A program made the position numbers and the translations under genes. Source: Candidatus Poribacteria bacterium (lineage in GTDB: Bacteria > Poribacteria > WGA-4E > WGA-3G). From it: DNA of 64,000 bases. Positions 16,555-26,927 of the stretch are shown here, piece by piece. The stretch is from positions 4,000,001 to 4,064,000 of the forward strand of contig OZ251518.1 in assembly GCA_965242965.1 (NCBI GenBank). Direction: 5' to 3'. The notes beneath the pieces are model-generated. The model was not told the DNA's origin and did not search any database. It was given only the letters and a program-made list of their open reading frames with translations. Numbering within the stretch: position 1 is the stretch's first letter; every line of letters begins with the position of its first letter.

Positions 16555-18198
16555 TTAAGAATTTCCTATCTGTTGAATAACCTTCTCGGCGCGGGAAATT
16601 AACGCGTGCCGCTCCTCTGCCGGAAGCGGCGCGGGGGAAAACCGATAGTAATCGCACTGCGCCAAGATATCCACGACTTCCTGAATTGTGGCATCCGAGA
16701 GCCCCGCCTGCGCGCAAGTTTCGCGCACCGCATCAGGACTGGCAGAGCCCGCGACAAGCGAGATGCCTAACGTTTCACTGAGATATTCATATAAGACTTG
16801 GGCGATGGCATTCCCGAACGCCGTGGCGTTGTCTGCACGACTCTCCAAGATTTCCGTGAGCGTCGCGAGAGCCTCCTGTTCTGGCGGCACGTCGTGCTCT
16901 TCAATTTCCGCACGCGCGCTTGCCCGACGGCGATACCATAAATAGCCTCCCGCAACAAAACCAATAACGAGCACGGAGAGCCCTATTAAGAGCAACCACT
17001 TCCCCCACGCCACGCCATCGGGTTCAACCTCAACCAGCGCGCTCGGTTTCGGTGTCACGGTAAACGGAATCGGTGCTGTCTCTGTCGTTTGGTAGGTGCC
17101 GAGTTCCGGCGCGAAATAGGTATAAGAAATCGCAGGGATGCGCACTGTCCCGGCTTGCGACGGCACAAGCGCGTAGGCATAAACGTAACTCTGCTGCGTA
17201 GAACCGACACCGGGATTCGGACCGGATACGGTGACACCCGGTATCGCTGGAATCTGTGGCGCGGTGAGCGTCTGCATGTTGCCGCGTCCAGAGATACGCA
17301 CGGATAACGTGAGTCCTCTTCCCACTTCAACGCGAGTTTTGTCGATTTGCGCGGTGATTTGGTAGTCGCCGATAGCACCAGAAAACGGTGCGCTGTTGGA
17401 AGCTGCGTCTACCGGCAGAGCCGGCAGTGGCCGCACAGACAACGTGAGCGGTTTGGTTTTCAACGTTTTTGGAGCTCGGTTGAGCGGCAGCCTCAGTGAA
17501 GCGGGTTCAATGACAATACTGCCCGTTTTCTGTGGATAGAGCCGCCGCACCTCCGCCTGCACATGAAACGTTTGTCCGCGAATCCGCTTTGTCTCGTTCA
17601 GCGGCGCGGGGAGCTCTGTCACTAAAAAACCTGAAAAATCGGGAAGCGTGGCGACTGGCGATTCTCGCGTCGGCAACACGGTGGTGTAGAGATAGCGGAA
17701 CGTATACGTCACCTCCTGATTGAGATAGGGGTTTGAAGGCGTTACCTCCGCCTCCACTTGATGAACCCCATCAGTGGAGGTATCCCGATACGTGTCTTCA
17801 CCACTCACCCGAACAGTGCCGGGATTCGCGAAATAGGGAGTGCCTTGATATGAGAAACGGACATCCGAAAGCGCGAAATCACCTATCTCCTGTGGAATCA
17901 GTTCATAATACCACGCCTTGGAGACAGCGATTTTATCGCCTTCTAGCCGCGGCGTGGTGGAAGAACGCAGCGGCACGGCGAGAAACGCAGGCAGAAAATT
18001 GAAGATTGGCGCATCAATATGTTCAATGAATGTCTTCCCGGAGAGCACAAGCTCCAAAGTCGCTTTCTCGCTAAATTGGATGTCCCGCGGTTGGACTACG
18101 GCGGAAACATCAATTTCTGCCGCACCGATGCCCACGAGAAAAAATAACGCGAAAGACGTGGTGATGAGTTTTTGATGATGCGTTGAGAAACGTTGCAT
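16555..18198 (-). CDS. batD: BatD-family protein
   Basis: Signal peptide, repeated Ig-like units (LYPQKTG..IEP, GAIGDY, ISGRGN, LVPSQAG..IP), C-terminal TM and DYYRFSP. Confidence 0.8.
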   Translation of the reverse strand: MQRFSTHHQKLITTSFALFFLVGIGAAEIDVSAVVQPRDIQFSEKATLELVLSGKTFIEHIDAPIFNFLPAFLAVPLRSSTTPRLEGDKIAVSKAWYYELIPQEIGDFALSDVRFSYQGTPYFANPGTVRVSGEDTYRDTSTDGVHQVEAEVTPSNPYLNQEVTYTFRYLYTTVLPTRESPVATLPDFSGFLVTELPAPLNETKRIRGQTFHVQAEVRRLYPQKTGSIVIEPASLRLPLNRAPKTLKTKPLTLSVRPLPALPVDAASNSAPFSGAIGDYQITAQIDKTRVEVGRGLTLSVRISGRGNMQTLTAPQIPAIPGVTVSGPNPGVGSTQQSYVYAYALVPSQAGTVRIPAISYTYFAPELGTYQTTETAPIPFTVTPKPSALVEVEPDGVAWGKWLLLIGLSVLVIGFVAGGYLWYRRRASARAEIEEHDVPPEQEALATLTEILESRADNATAFGNAIAQVLYEYLSETLGISLVAGSASPDAVRETCAQAGLSDATIQEVVDILAQCDYYRFSPAPLPAEERHALISRAEKVIQQIGNS

Positions 18199-18246
18199 AT
18201 TTTTTCAGGTATCTGACAGATAGAGATGTCCGTCCTTACGGCACGA

Positions 18247-18849
18247 TTACCAATCCTTCTCCCGGCGATAGCCGCTTTTGAATTGCCGTTGCAACGACTT
18301 GCGCCGGATGCTGTTTTCCTTTTCGCGCAGCTGCGCCAATAAACGGCGTGTCTCAGATTCGGAAACGCTCGGGTTCGGGCGTTCCTGCCGCTCAGTTTTT
18401 TGTTGCCCACCTACTTTCGGCTGATTTTGTTGCTGCTGGAGTGCCAATGCAAGGTTGTGCTTGGCATCCGCGTCGGTTGGTGTTAATTGCAGCGCGTTCC
18501 GATAAGCCTCAATTGCTTTGTCAAGTTCGCCTGATTGAAACTGCGCGTTGCCGAGGTTATAGTAGGTTGCGGCGCGCGGTTCGCCTGTCAGAAGCGATGC
18601 CTGAAACGCCGCCGCCGCCATTTCAAATTGCCCCTGTTTGTAGAGCGCGGTACCGAGGTTATAGTGCGCGAGCGGATTATCGGGCTTCTGGCGCACCGCC
18701 TGTTGGAAGGCGTTCATTGCCGCGTCGTAATTGCCTCGCCGATACGCCACGTTACCAGACTGCATCTCGCGATGCCACGTCCCGAACCATCCGCCGAAGA
18801 CAATAGCGGATATGATGATAAGTGAGAGAGTGAGGGTGCGTTTCCACAT
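18247..18849 (-). CDS. BatC-like TPR protein
   Basis: YNLGTALY and YNLGNAQF TPRs, Q-rich linker, C-terminal KDW; start MWKR at 18849. Confidence 0.8.
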   Translation of the reverse strand: MWKRTLTLSLIIISAIVFGGWFGTWHREMQSGNVAYRRGNYDAAMNAFQQAVRQKPDNPLAHYNLGTALYKQGQFEMAAAAFQASLLTGEPRAATYYNLGNAQFQSGELDKAIEAYRNALQLTPTDADAKHNLALALQQQQNQPKVGGQQKTERQERPNPSVSESETRRLLAQLREKENSIRRKSLQRQFKSGYRREKDW

Positions 18850-18913
18850 GGTATCTATTATATACGATAACGCTGTGGATTGCAAGAAATTGTGCAAACA
18901 GGCTGGAACAAAT

Positions 18914-19441
18914 GAGAGTGTTTCATATCTCGATGGCTTCCCGGTAGGCGAGACCTCCTGGTCTCGATGTTCCCGTAGCGCGGGGGCCTATCCCCCGTGA
19001 GTGCTCAAGAACCGTTTTTTTTATCGTAGCGCGGGGGCCTGTCCCCCGCGATCGTCCATTGTCAAGTTATGTTTTTAGGGCCTTTAGGTCCTACATGTCT
19101 ATAGCAACACGTGTCGGCCCGTTTTCAAGGTCCTTTAGGTCCTTAATAAAAAACACGCGGACTTGGCAAAACCTATTAAGGACCTAAAGGACCTTAGGAT
19201 TCTTCGCGGGTGCGCGGGCTATAGACATTAAGGTCCTACGGACCTAAGAGACGTTTTTTCAAGGGGGGGGCTGCCGCCGCTGTCCCGGTAGGCGCGCCGC
19301 CCTATTGCATCGAGACCGGGAGGTCTCTCCTACCGGCAGAAATCGGGACAGGTAGGAGGGACATCCTTGTCCCGATACGCACAGGAACAAAACGCATCGA
19401 GACCGGGAGGTTTCTCCTACACGGTTTTATGAAACACCCTG
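18914..19441. mobile_element. TIR-bounded REP cassette
   Basis: GAGAGTGTTTCATA ... TATGAAACACCCTG; AACAAAT on both flanks. Confidence 0.8.
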
Positions 19442-19546
19442 AAACAAATACCAGAATTCTCCATCAATAAGCGCGATTTGAAATCGCGCAGGCGGGATGC
19501 GTTCTACGTGAGTTCTCTCAAAAAAAGCGGACAAAAAAGGCGGACA

Positions 19547-19579
19547 AAAAAAGGCGGCTTGGGTAAACAAGCCGCCTTC
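19547..19579 (-). terminator. Intrinsic terminator
   Basis: AAGGCGGCTTG...CAAGCCGCCTT hairpin with U-tract on the minus strand. Confidence 0.7.
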
Positions 19580-19594
19580 TGGAAAGCGAACGCG

Positions 19595-20425
19595 CTATTT
19601 GCGCCGGATATCAGCCCACGTCGTCGTCAACTTCCCTTTCGGTTCAACCGGGGTAAGCGGCGTGATTTCATCAAAGAAACTCTGCTTATCGGTTGCATCC
19701 TTGGGGTAAATGGTGACAGCGTCGTGCGTGGCATCGTCAAAGTGCAGGTTGAAATAGGCGGAGCCGCCGCTTTCACCGCACCGGTAGACAAGGACGTTCG
19801 CGCCTTTTTGCAACTCAACTTCAACGTTATAGTCGACTTGTTGCGCTGCCCCTGTCCAGGCGGAGTTGTTATACCATTTTTCACCGTTAATCCAGATGTG
19901 CGCGTGGTCATCGTGTGCGGGCGACATCACGGAAGTCATGTCGCTCGGTGCATCGATAACAATAACAGCGTAGGTGTCAATGTTATCGGCAGGGCCGCCG
20001 CGGTTCATATTGTCGCCATCGGCCGGATCGATCTCAAAGACGGTCCAGGCGCGTGTGCCGCCGTGGTCATCGCCCCAGACGACATCGGTAGTCTGCGTGA
20101 GAAGCAAGCCTTCCAGCGTGGAGAGGGAGGCATCGGTGATTTTACCGCCGGTGCCTTCATCCATGAAATCAACGAGGGCCGAGACCGCGAATCCGCCGTT
20201 ATTTTCGTAGTTACCATCGGGCCCATACCACTTGGTAATCCACGTTTCAACATCGGCGTGGTCTTCGTTGAGTGCGGCCTCTGTCGGATTTTCCAATTGC
20301 GCGTCTTCGGCGAGCGGGCCGCCGGTAATGTTCACAACGCCTTGCGCGGCGGCGAAGTGCGAGAAACTGACTGCAACGGCGAAAAGCATCACCATTGCGA
20401 GCGTCAAACGAGAAAATGTGTTCAT
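19595..20425 (-). CDS. Secreted beta-sandwich (PA14-like) protein with C-terminal VEPxGKLTTxW motif, paralog 1
   Basis: Signal peptide; HDDHAHIWINGE, VELQKGANVL; C-terminal VEPKGKLTTTWADIR. Confidence 0.8.
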   Translation of the reverse strand: MNTFSRLTLAMVMLFAVAVSFSHFAAAQGVVNITGGPLAEDAQLENPTEAALNEDHADVETWITKWYGPDGNYENNGGFAVSALVDFMDEGTGGKITDASLSTLEGLLLTQTTDVVWGDDHGGTRAWTVFEIDPADGDNMNRGGPADNIDTYAVIVIDAPSDMTSVMSPAHDDHAHIWINGEKWYNNSAWTGAAQQVDYNVEVELQKGANVLVYRCGESGGSAYFNLHFDDATHDAVTIYPKDATDKQSFFDEITPLTPVEPKGKLTTTWADIRRK

Positions 20426-20615
20426 TTGAACTCCTTCTATTATTTACGGTAAATTTTGCGCGGGAACAATTTTGTTGCCGCGCGTCTAACAAGACAGAAC
20501 TGACGCGAAAAATGTATACGTTCCGCGTCTGTCCTGCCATTTGATGACATAATTATAGTTTTTCAACACAAATTAGTCAAGAAAAAACGGATTTTCCGTG
20601 CGAACGGATTCGCGG

Positions 20616-21446
20616 TTAGCGATTGCGCTTAATAGCCGCCCACCTTGTTGTCAACTTTCCGGCAGGTTCCACCGGAAGAATGCCGGCGACTTCGTCGAAG
20701 AAGCTGTCCTGGTTCCGCGCTTTGTCGGGATAGATTTTGGCGACTTTGTGCGTGTTGTCGTCAAAGTGGAGGTTCATATACGCGGAACCTCCGCTTTCGC
20801 CGCACCGGTAAAGCACGACATTCGCGCCTTTTTGCAGGTCGACCTCGATATTGTAGTCAACTTCCTGCGCGGCACCTGTCCAAGCGGAGTTGTTATACCA
20901 CTTTTCACCGTTGATCCAGATTTGCGCGTAGTCATCGTGCGCGGGCGACATCACGGCTTTCATAGCCTGGGGCGCAGCCACGACGACGATACCGTAAGTA
21001 TCAATGTTATCGGCGGGCCCGCCGCGGTTCATATTGTCGCCGTTCGCCGGTTCAAGTTCAAAGACGGTCCACTCGCGGGTGCCCCCGTTCTGCTTATCCC
21101 ACTCCATTTTAATATTTTGGGTCTTCTGCAAACCGGCGGCGGTGGAGAGATCAACCTGTGTCAACTTGCCGTTAGTGCCTTCGTCAATGAGGTCCTTCGG
21201 CGCGGAGGCGGGGAATCCACCGTTGTTTTCGTAGTTACCGTCAGGCCCATACCACTTGGTAATCCACGTCTTCTCCCCGGCATGGCTTTCGTTCAGCGGA
21301 GCTTCTCCCGGGTTTTTCAGCCAATCGGCCTCTTTTATTGGGCCGTCTTTGATGTTGACTTTCTGCGCGAACGCAAGGTGCGAGCTGCCCGCAGCCAGCG
21401 CGAAAATTAGCGCGATTGCGAGCAGAAAGGAACAAAATTTTTTCAT
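20616..21446 (-). CDS. Secreted beta-sandwich protein, paralog 2
   Basis: High similarity to its neighbours; VEPAGKLTTRWAAIK. Confidence 0.85.
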   Translation of the reverse strand: MKKFCSFLLAIALIFALAAGSSHLAFAQKVNIKDGPIKEADWLKNPGEAPLNESHAGEKTWITKWYGPDGNYENNGGFPASAPKDLIDEGTNGKLTQVDLSTAAGLQKTQNIKMEWDKQNGGTREWTVFELEPANGDNMNRGGPADNIDTYGIVVVAAPQAMKAVMSPAHDDYAQIWINGEKWYNNSAWTGAAQEVDYNIEVDLQKGANVVLYRCGESGGSAYMNLHFDDNTHKVAKIYPDKARNQDSFFDEVAGILPVEPAGKLTTRWAAIKRNR

Positions 21447-21606
21447 AAAGGTTTTTCTCCTTGTCGGTTATGTGCTTCCGATACATGTCTGTCATTCAGG
21501 AACGATGCGCCTGAACAGTCAAAATCGGGAGCTCTTAAACTACAGGTGGGGTATGAGTTGTCAGGACAGATAGTTAACGACATCTGTCCTGACATCCGAT
21601 TCTCGG

Positions 21607-22440
21607 TTAGCGGTTGCGCTTAATATCGCCCCAGATTGTCGTCAATTTTCCGGCAGGCTCAACGGGTAGGACACCTGCAACTTCCCTGAAGAAACTGGCC
21701 TGGTCCTTCGCCTTGTCCGGATAGATGTCGACAACTTTGTCGGTTGCATCGTCAAAATGCAGGTTCATATACGCGTGCCCGCCGGATTCCCCGCACCGAT
21801 AGAGTAAAACGTTCGCGCCTTTTTGCAACTGAACTTCAACGTTGAAGTCGACTTGTTGCGCGGCGCCGGTCCAGCGGGAATTGTTATACCACTTTTCGCC
21901 GTTGATCCAAATTTGCGCGTGATCATCGTGCGCGGGGGACATGACGGCTTTCATGTCCTTGGGTGCATCGATGACACAGATGGCATAGGTATCCATGTTA
22001 TCGGCTGGGCCGTCCCTGTTCATGTGGTGCGCGTCCGCGGGGTCCAGTTCAAAGACGGTCCATTTGCGCGCGCCGCCGTTTGCGCCTTTCCAACCGATAT
22101 CGACAGTCTGCGTCAGTTGCAGCCCTTCAACGGTAGAGAGGGAGACCTGTGTCAACTTGCCGTTGGTGCCTTCGTCAATGAGGTCCTTCGGTGCGGAGGC
22201 ACCGAATCCGCCGTTGTTTTCGTAGTTCCCATCGGGGCCGTACCACTTGGTGATCCACGTCTTCTCACCGGAATGGTCTTCGTTCAGTTCGGCTTCCGCC
22301 GGGTCCTTCAGCCAATCGGCCTCTTTTATCGGGCCGTCTTTGATGTTGACCTTCTGCGCGAACGCAGAGTCGATTTGACCCCCCCCGATCAGGGCGAAAA
22401 CCAGCATCGCTGCGAGGGTAAACAAATAAAATTTTTTCAT
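21607..22440 (-). CDS. Secreted beta-sandwich protein, paralog 3
   Basis: Start MKKFY at 22440 after AGGAGG; VEPAGKLTTIWGDIK. Confidence 0.85.
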   Translation of the reverse strand: MKKFYLFTLAAMLVFALIGGGQIDSAFAQKVNIKDGPIKEADWLKDPAEAELNEDHSGEKTWITKWYGPDGNYENNGGFGASAPKDLIDEGTNGKLTQVSLSTVEGLQLTQTVDIGWKGANGGARKWTVFELDPADAHHMNRDGPADNMDTYAICVIDAPKDMKAVMSPAHDDHAQIWINGEKWYNNSRWTGAAQQVDFNVEVQLQKGANVLLYRCGESGGHAYMNLHFDDATDKVVDIYPDKAKDQASFFREVAGVLPVEPAGKLTTIWGDIKRNR

Positions 22441-22646
22441 TCTGAACTTGCCTCCTGAGTTGGTAAGACAATTTTTCTTCAACTTTATGCCGTATTATGG
22501 CAAACTTCCAAAAAATTGTCAAGGAAAAATTCAAAAAAGGAATTGCTAATTAGCAATTGCAAATAATGATACAATTTTGTCAAAAAATTGTCAATAAGAT
22601 TTTTTGTCTATCCAGAGACATTCAGTATTCTGCTGCCCAGTTAAGG

Positions 22647-22925
22647 GAGGGTGTTTCATATCTCGATGACTTCCCGGTAGGAGAGACCTCCCGGTCTCGA
22701 TGTTCCCGTAGCGCGGGGGCCCTCGGATGCCACACGCGCATCCGAGCGGGTTTCCCCGCGTTGTCTCAAGCACCGTTTTTTTTATCGTAGCGCGGGGGCC
22801 TGTCCCCCGCGATCGTTGGGGTGCGCGGACGATGGCGAGGGACAGGCTCGCCCTACGATGAAGGGGGGCTTTCTGCCACAGCGGCCCCGGGTACTGCATC
22901 GAGACCGGGAGGGCTCTCCTACGGT
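22647..22925. repeat. REP cluster with left TIR
   Basis: Starts GAGGGTGTTTCATA; contains A, B and C type REPs. Confidence 0.85.
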
Positions 22926-22976
22926 AGAACGCGGGTGGGTGTATCAACGTTCGGTGTTTTCCGTTTGACGCGAGCG

Positions 22977-24017
22977 TTACCGGCTTTGTTTCTTCTGCGA
23001 GGCGTGCTTTATCTTTCCCCACTGCGTCGGCAACTTCCCGTGCGGTGAGACAGACAACGCGCCTTCTACCCAGTCGGGCCACTTCTCATCACTCGGTTCG
23101 CGTGTGATGCGTTTCAGACTCCGCGTGTCAAACGTATAGCGATAGAGGTTATAATTCGGGGTGGCTTTATCCTTTAACATCAGTGAAAAGAGAATGGCAC
23201 GATCCTTCTCCATCCAACATGCAGTGGATCCTACCCAATTGTTACCGAGTCTGTCATTAATATCTGTAATTTCCTTTTTCCGGCGGCCGATCCGCTGAAC
23301 GATGAGTTTCTCGAGATGTCCATCTTTAAGCCACTTGACTTCAGCGAAGAGGATCCGTTGTCCATCCGCAGACCAACGCGGAAAGAACCGGAGGGTGGGG
23401 AGGTCGCCTACCTCTGGATCCGGGAGAAGCGGACGCTGGTGCTGCCCATCCGCAGACATCACGTAAATATTTTTCGGGTTGAGCCCGGCTTTGATGCAGA
23501 GGAACCGCTCAAAAGCCAGTTGCGTGCCATCGGGGGACCAGTCCGGGGCAACAGAGCCTCTCCCGTTATCGTCTGCCAGGGTTAACTGTGTAACGGCACC
23601 CGACACCAAATCAAGGACGTGCACCTCACCTCTTCCACTTCGATCGCTCATAAAGGCGATTTTTGTGCCATCAGGAGACCAGGAGAGATAGTGATCAGTG
23701 ACGTTGTTATGGGTGAGTCGTTGTGGTTCTGTTCCATCTGCATTCATCAGGAACAGTTCCGACGAGGTTTGTATCTTGTCCTTGTCCATGTATCGCGTAA
23801 AGGCGATTTTTGTGCCATCGGGAGACCAGCGCGGGTAACTGTCTTTCGCCGTGGTATTGTGGGTCAGCCTGCGTCTGCCAGAGCCATCATCGTTCATGAC
23901 ATAAATGTCATTGTCCACACAAAAGACAATCTTCGCATCAACGCAGACCTGCGCACCGGCGAACAAGAGCAGACTGCAAGCGAAGAAAAATATGAAGGCG
24001 TTTTTTTGACTATTCAT
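22977..24017 (-). CDS. TolB-like (PD40) beta-propeller secreted protein
   Basis: Repeated WSPDG motifs; C-terminal VSPHGKLPTQWGKIK. Confidence 0.88.
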   Translation of the reverse strand: MNSQKNAFIFFFACSLLLFAGAQVCVDAKIVFCVDNDIYVMNDDGSGRRRLTHNTTAKDSYPRWSPDGTKIAFTRYMDKDKIQTSSELFLMNADGTEPQRLTHNNVTDHYLSWSPDGTKIAFMSDRSGRGEVHVLDLVSGAVTQLTLADDNGRGSVAPDWSPDGTQLAFERFLCIKAGLNPKNIYVMSADGQHQRPLLPDPEVGDLPTLRFFPRWSADGQRILFAEVKWLKDGHLEKLIVQRIGRRKKEITDINDRLGNNWVGSTACWMEKDRAILFSLMLKDKATPNYNLYRYTFDTRSLKRITREPSDEKWPDWVEGALSVSPHGKLPTQWGKIKHASQKKQSR

Positions 24018-24339
24018 CTGTAGACTCCTCAGGGAATAGAGAAATCTGCCCTTACGTTTGCGGCACTTTGCGTGTGCGTTGCCAAACCTTTCGTATTACG
24101 GTTAATTATACCACAAAAAGTGTTGGATGTCAAATTTTTGGAAAAATCCGTGAAAAATCTGCATCGTGGATTAATCTATCACATTTCGCTGTTTTTTCTC
24201 AAGTTTCCGATATTCTTTTTCTGTACCCACGTCAACAGAGGAAAACTAAAGATTCTGACATTTTCTAGATTTTTCTTGACAAAATGTAAAAAAAATGTTA
24301 CGATATTAAAATACGTTAAAAAACAACAGGACTAACAAA

Positions 24340-24951
24340 ATGTCAAAACGAAAAAGAAAATCGAAAGACTCGCAACCAGCTGCCGATGCCGTGGTGGAAG
24401 AAGAACCGTGTTTGCGTCAGACGGCACCGCTACAACTCCGTTACTACGGCGACCCGGTCCTCCGCAAAAAGGCGGAGCCGGTAGCGGAAATTACCGAGGC
24501 GGAACTCCAACTTGCGGAGGAGATGCTAATTACGATGTATGCCACCGGGAACGGTATCGGACTTGCCGCGCCGCAGGTAGGCGTTCTGAAACGCTTCCTT
24601 ATCGTTGACGTGAGTGCGGTTGACGACGAAGAATACGAACCGGTGATGTTGTTTAACCCCGAAATTCTGGGCGAGGAAGGGGAAATTGTCGCGGAAGAAG
24701 GGTGCCTCAGCATTCCGAATGTCACCGCCGATGTGAAACGTCCGGAGAAAGTGGTAGTTGAAGGGATTAACGTTGCGCGTGAACAGGTTCGGATTGAGGC
24801 AGAGGGCTTGTTGGCACGCGCGCTGCAACACGAGATCGATCATCTCAACGGGGTGCTGTTTATCGACAAACTCAGCGGCTTGAAACGACAGCTGCTCGCT
24901 GGCAAGTTGCGGCAGATTCAATTAGCGGAACGCCCGGGAGATAACGGATGA
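24340..24951 (+). CDS. def: Peptide deformylase
   Basis: GIGLAAPQ, EGCLS, QHEIDHLNG. Confidence 0.97.
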   Translation: MSKRKRKSKDSQPAADAVVEEEPCLRQTAPLQLRYYGDPVLRKKAEPVAEITEAELQLAEEMLITMYATGNGIGLAAPQVGVLKRFLIVDVSAVDDEEYEPVMLFNPEILGEEGEIVAEEGCLSIPNVTADVKRPEKVVVEGINVAREQVRIEAEGLLARALQHEIDHLNGVLFIDKLSGLKRQLLAGKLRQIQLAERPGDNG

Positions 24952-25667
24952 AAACCGCCGTCATATTGCTTATTCTCGTGGGTCTCCTGCTGCCGAATGC
25001 CTTAGTGTTTGGAGATCTCACGTTTGAAGATGTTCAGAAAATTCGGGACACTCTCAAACCGGAATTTGACGCAATAAACAAGCTGTTTGACGATGTGAAC
25101 CAACGCCTTGGCGATGTGAACCAACGCTTCAATGTTGTGTGGATGTTCCTGATTGCGGTGCTTGTGGCGGTTATCGGGATGCCCCTCTATCGCGACCGGA
25201 AAAAGGAGCGTAACGGAACGCCCGGGAGGCAACGAATGAAAACCATCGTATTGCTTATTTTCGTGGGGCTCCTGCTGCCGAGTGCCTTAGTGTATGGAGA
25301 TCTCACGTTTGAGGATGTTCAGAAAATTCGGGACACTCTCAAACCGGAATTTGACGCAATAAACAAGCGGTTTGACGATGTGAACCAACGCTTCAATGTT
25401 GTGTGGATGTTCCTGCTTGCGGTGCTTGCGGCAGTTATCGGGATGCCCCTCTATCGCGACAGGAAAAAGGATCGCGAACAGGATGAGAAAATTGCGGCAC
25501 TCACCCGAATCGTTGAGGAACAGCAAGCAGAGATAGAGCAACAGAAAGCGGAAATCTCCAGCCAGCGCGCGGAACTCAACAGCCTGAAAACGCACGTAGA
25601 TCCGCCCGCAGCCGCGCCTAAGCACACAACCGCACTGTCAATAGAATCAAAAGAGGTTAACGGATGA
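24948..25667 (+). CDS. Internally duplicated small membrane/coiled-coil protein
   Basis: Two near-identical ~90-aa units; second ATG at 25236. Confidence 0.7.
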   Translation: MKTAVILLILVGLLLPNALVFGDLTFEDVQKIRDTLKPEFDAINKLFDDVNQRLGDVNQRFNVVWMFLIAVLVAVIGMPLYRDRKKERNGTPGRQRMKTIVLLIFVGLLLPSALVYGDLTFEDVQKIRDTLKPEFDAINKRFDDVNQRFNVVWMFLLAVLAAVIGMPLYRDRKKDREQDEKIAALTRIVEEQQAEIEQQKAEISSQRAELNSLKTHVDPPAAAPKHTTALSIESKEVNG

Positions 25668-26527
25668 GAAATGCCATGGTGAAAACATTGGAATTGCCAC
25701 ACCTGCAAGCGAAAGTAGACGCACTTTATACTTGCTTGCGCGATTATCAGAAAGTTATCGTAGCCTTTTCGGGGGGCGTGGATAGCACTTTCCTCGCGGA
25801 GGCGGCGCAACACGCGCTCGGCGATGATGCGCTCGCTGTCACTGCCATCTCCGATTCCTATCCCATCCGCGAAATGCGGGCGGCGCAGGATATCGCCAAA
25901 CAGATCGGCATCCGTTTTGAAACGGTGCATACCGAAGAATTGGAGCTGGAAGGCTACGCCAGCAACCCGACGAATCGTTGCTACTTCTGTAAGACAGAAT
26001 TGTTCGATAAACTCCGTCCCATCGCCGAGAAATACGATGTCGGCACTATCGTCTACGGCGCGATTCCGGACGATGTCGGAGATCATCGGCCGGGGATGGA
26101 CGCGGCGAAGCGGATGGGCATCCAGGCACCGCTAATTGATGTCGACTTGACGAAGGCGGAGATTCGCGAGATTTCAAAGGCGTGGCAGCTTCCGACGTGG
26201 GATAAGCCGGCGTTCGCGTGCTTGTCCTCCCGTTTTCCGTACGGCATGCGGATTACGCGCGAATTGCTGCGGCAAGTCGATGCCGCCGAGCAGTTCCTTT
26301 ACGATTTAGGCATCCGGCAATTCCGCGTGCGTCACCACGGCGAACTGGCCCGCATTGAATTAGAACCGGCGGAGATGTCGCGATTCCTGCGGACGGATGC
26401 GCGGCAGCAAGTCAGCGCGCATTTCAAAACGTTGGGATACGCGCATGTCACGCTAGATTTGCAGGGTTACCGTTCAGGTAGCCTGAATGAAGGCGTTGCG
26501 AAGATTCTCAGGGGCAAAGCCGCTTAA
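25664..26527 (+). CDS. larE: LarE-family ATP-dependent sulfur transferase (TIGR00268-like)
   Basis: AFSGGVDS, NRCYFCK, RPG, WDKP..ACLSSR, GYRSGSLN. Confidence 0.92.
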   Translation: MRNAMVKTLELPHLQAKVDALYTCLRDYQKVIVAFSGGVDSTFLAEAAQHALGDDALAVTAISDSYPIREMRAAQDIAKQIGIRFETVHTEELELEGYASNPTNRCYFCKTELFDKLRPIAEKYDVGTIVYGAIPDDVGDHRPGMDAAKRMGIQAPLIDVDLTKAEIREISKAWQLPTWDKPAFACLSSRFPYGMRITRELLRQVDAAEQFLYDLGIRQFRVRHHGELARIELEPAEMSRFLRTDARQQVSAHFKTLGYAHVTLDLQGYRSGSLNEGVAKILRGKAA

Positions 26528-26529
26528 TT

Positions 26530-26907
26530 GAGGGTGTTTCATAACTCAAGAAACCGTCCGGTTACCGTAGCGCGGGGGCCTGTCCCCCGTGATCGTCCCG
26601 TAGGAGAGCCCTCCCGGTCTCGATGCAACTCTAAACCTTATTAAGGTCCTACGGACCTTGATAGGGTGCGGCACGTTTTTCTATAGACATGTAGGTCCTA
26701 CGGACCTAAAAGAGCGGTTCGGTGGACCGCAGCATGGCGAGGGACAGGCCCTCGCCCTACGGTGAAAGGGGACCGTTCTGCGGCCAAGAAACCGTCCGGT
26801 TACCGTAGCGCGGGGGCCTGTCCCCCGCGATCGTCCCTACCAAGAGGGCTCGGTAGTCGCCTGCTCCAGGGGCGATAACTACCGAAACGGAGTTATGAAA
26901 CACCCTC
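26530..26907. mobile_element. TIR-bounded REP cassette with 8-bp target duplication
   Basis: 18-bp perfect TIR GAGGGTGTTTCATAACTC; GCTTAATT at 26522-29 and 26908-15. Confidence 0.9.
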
Positions 26908-26927
26908 GCTTAATTGAGGTGGCATCC

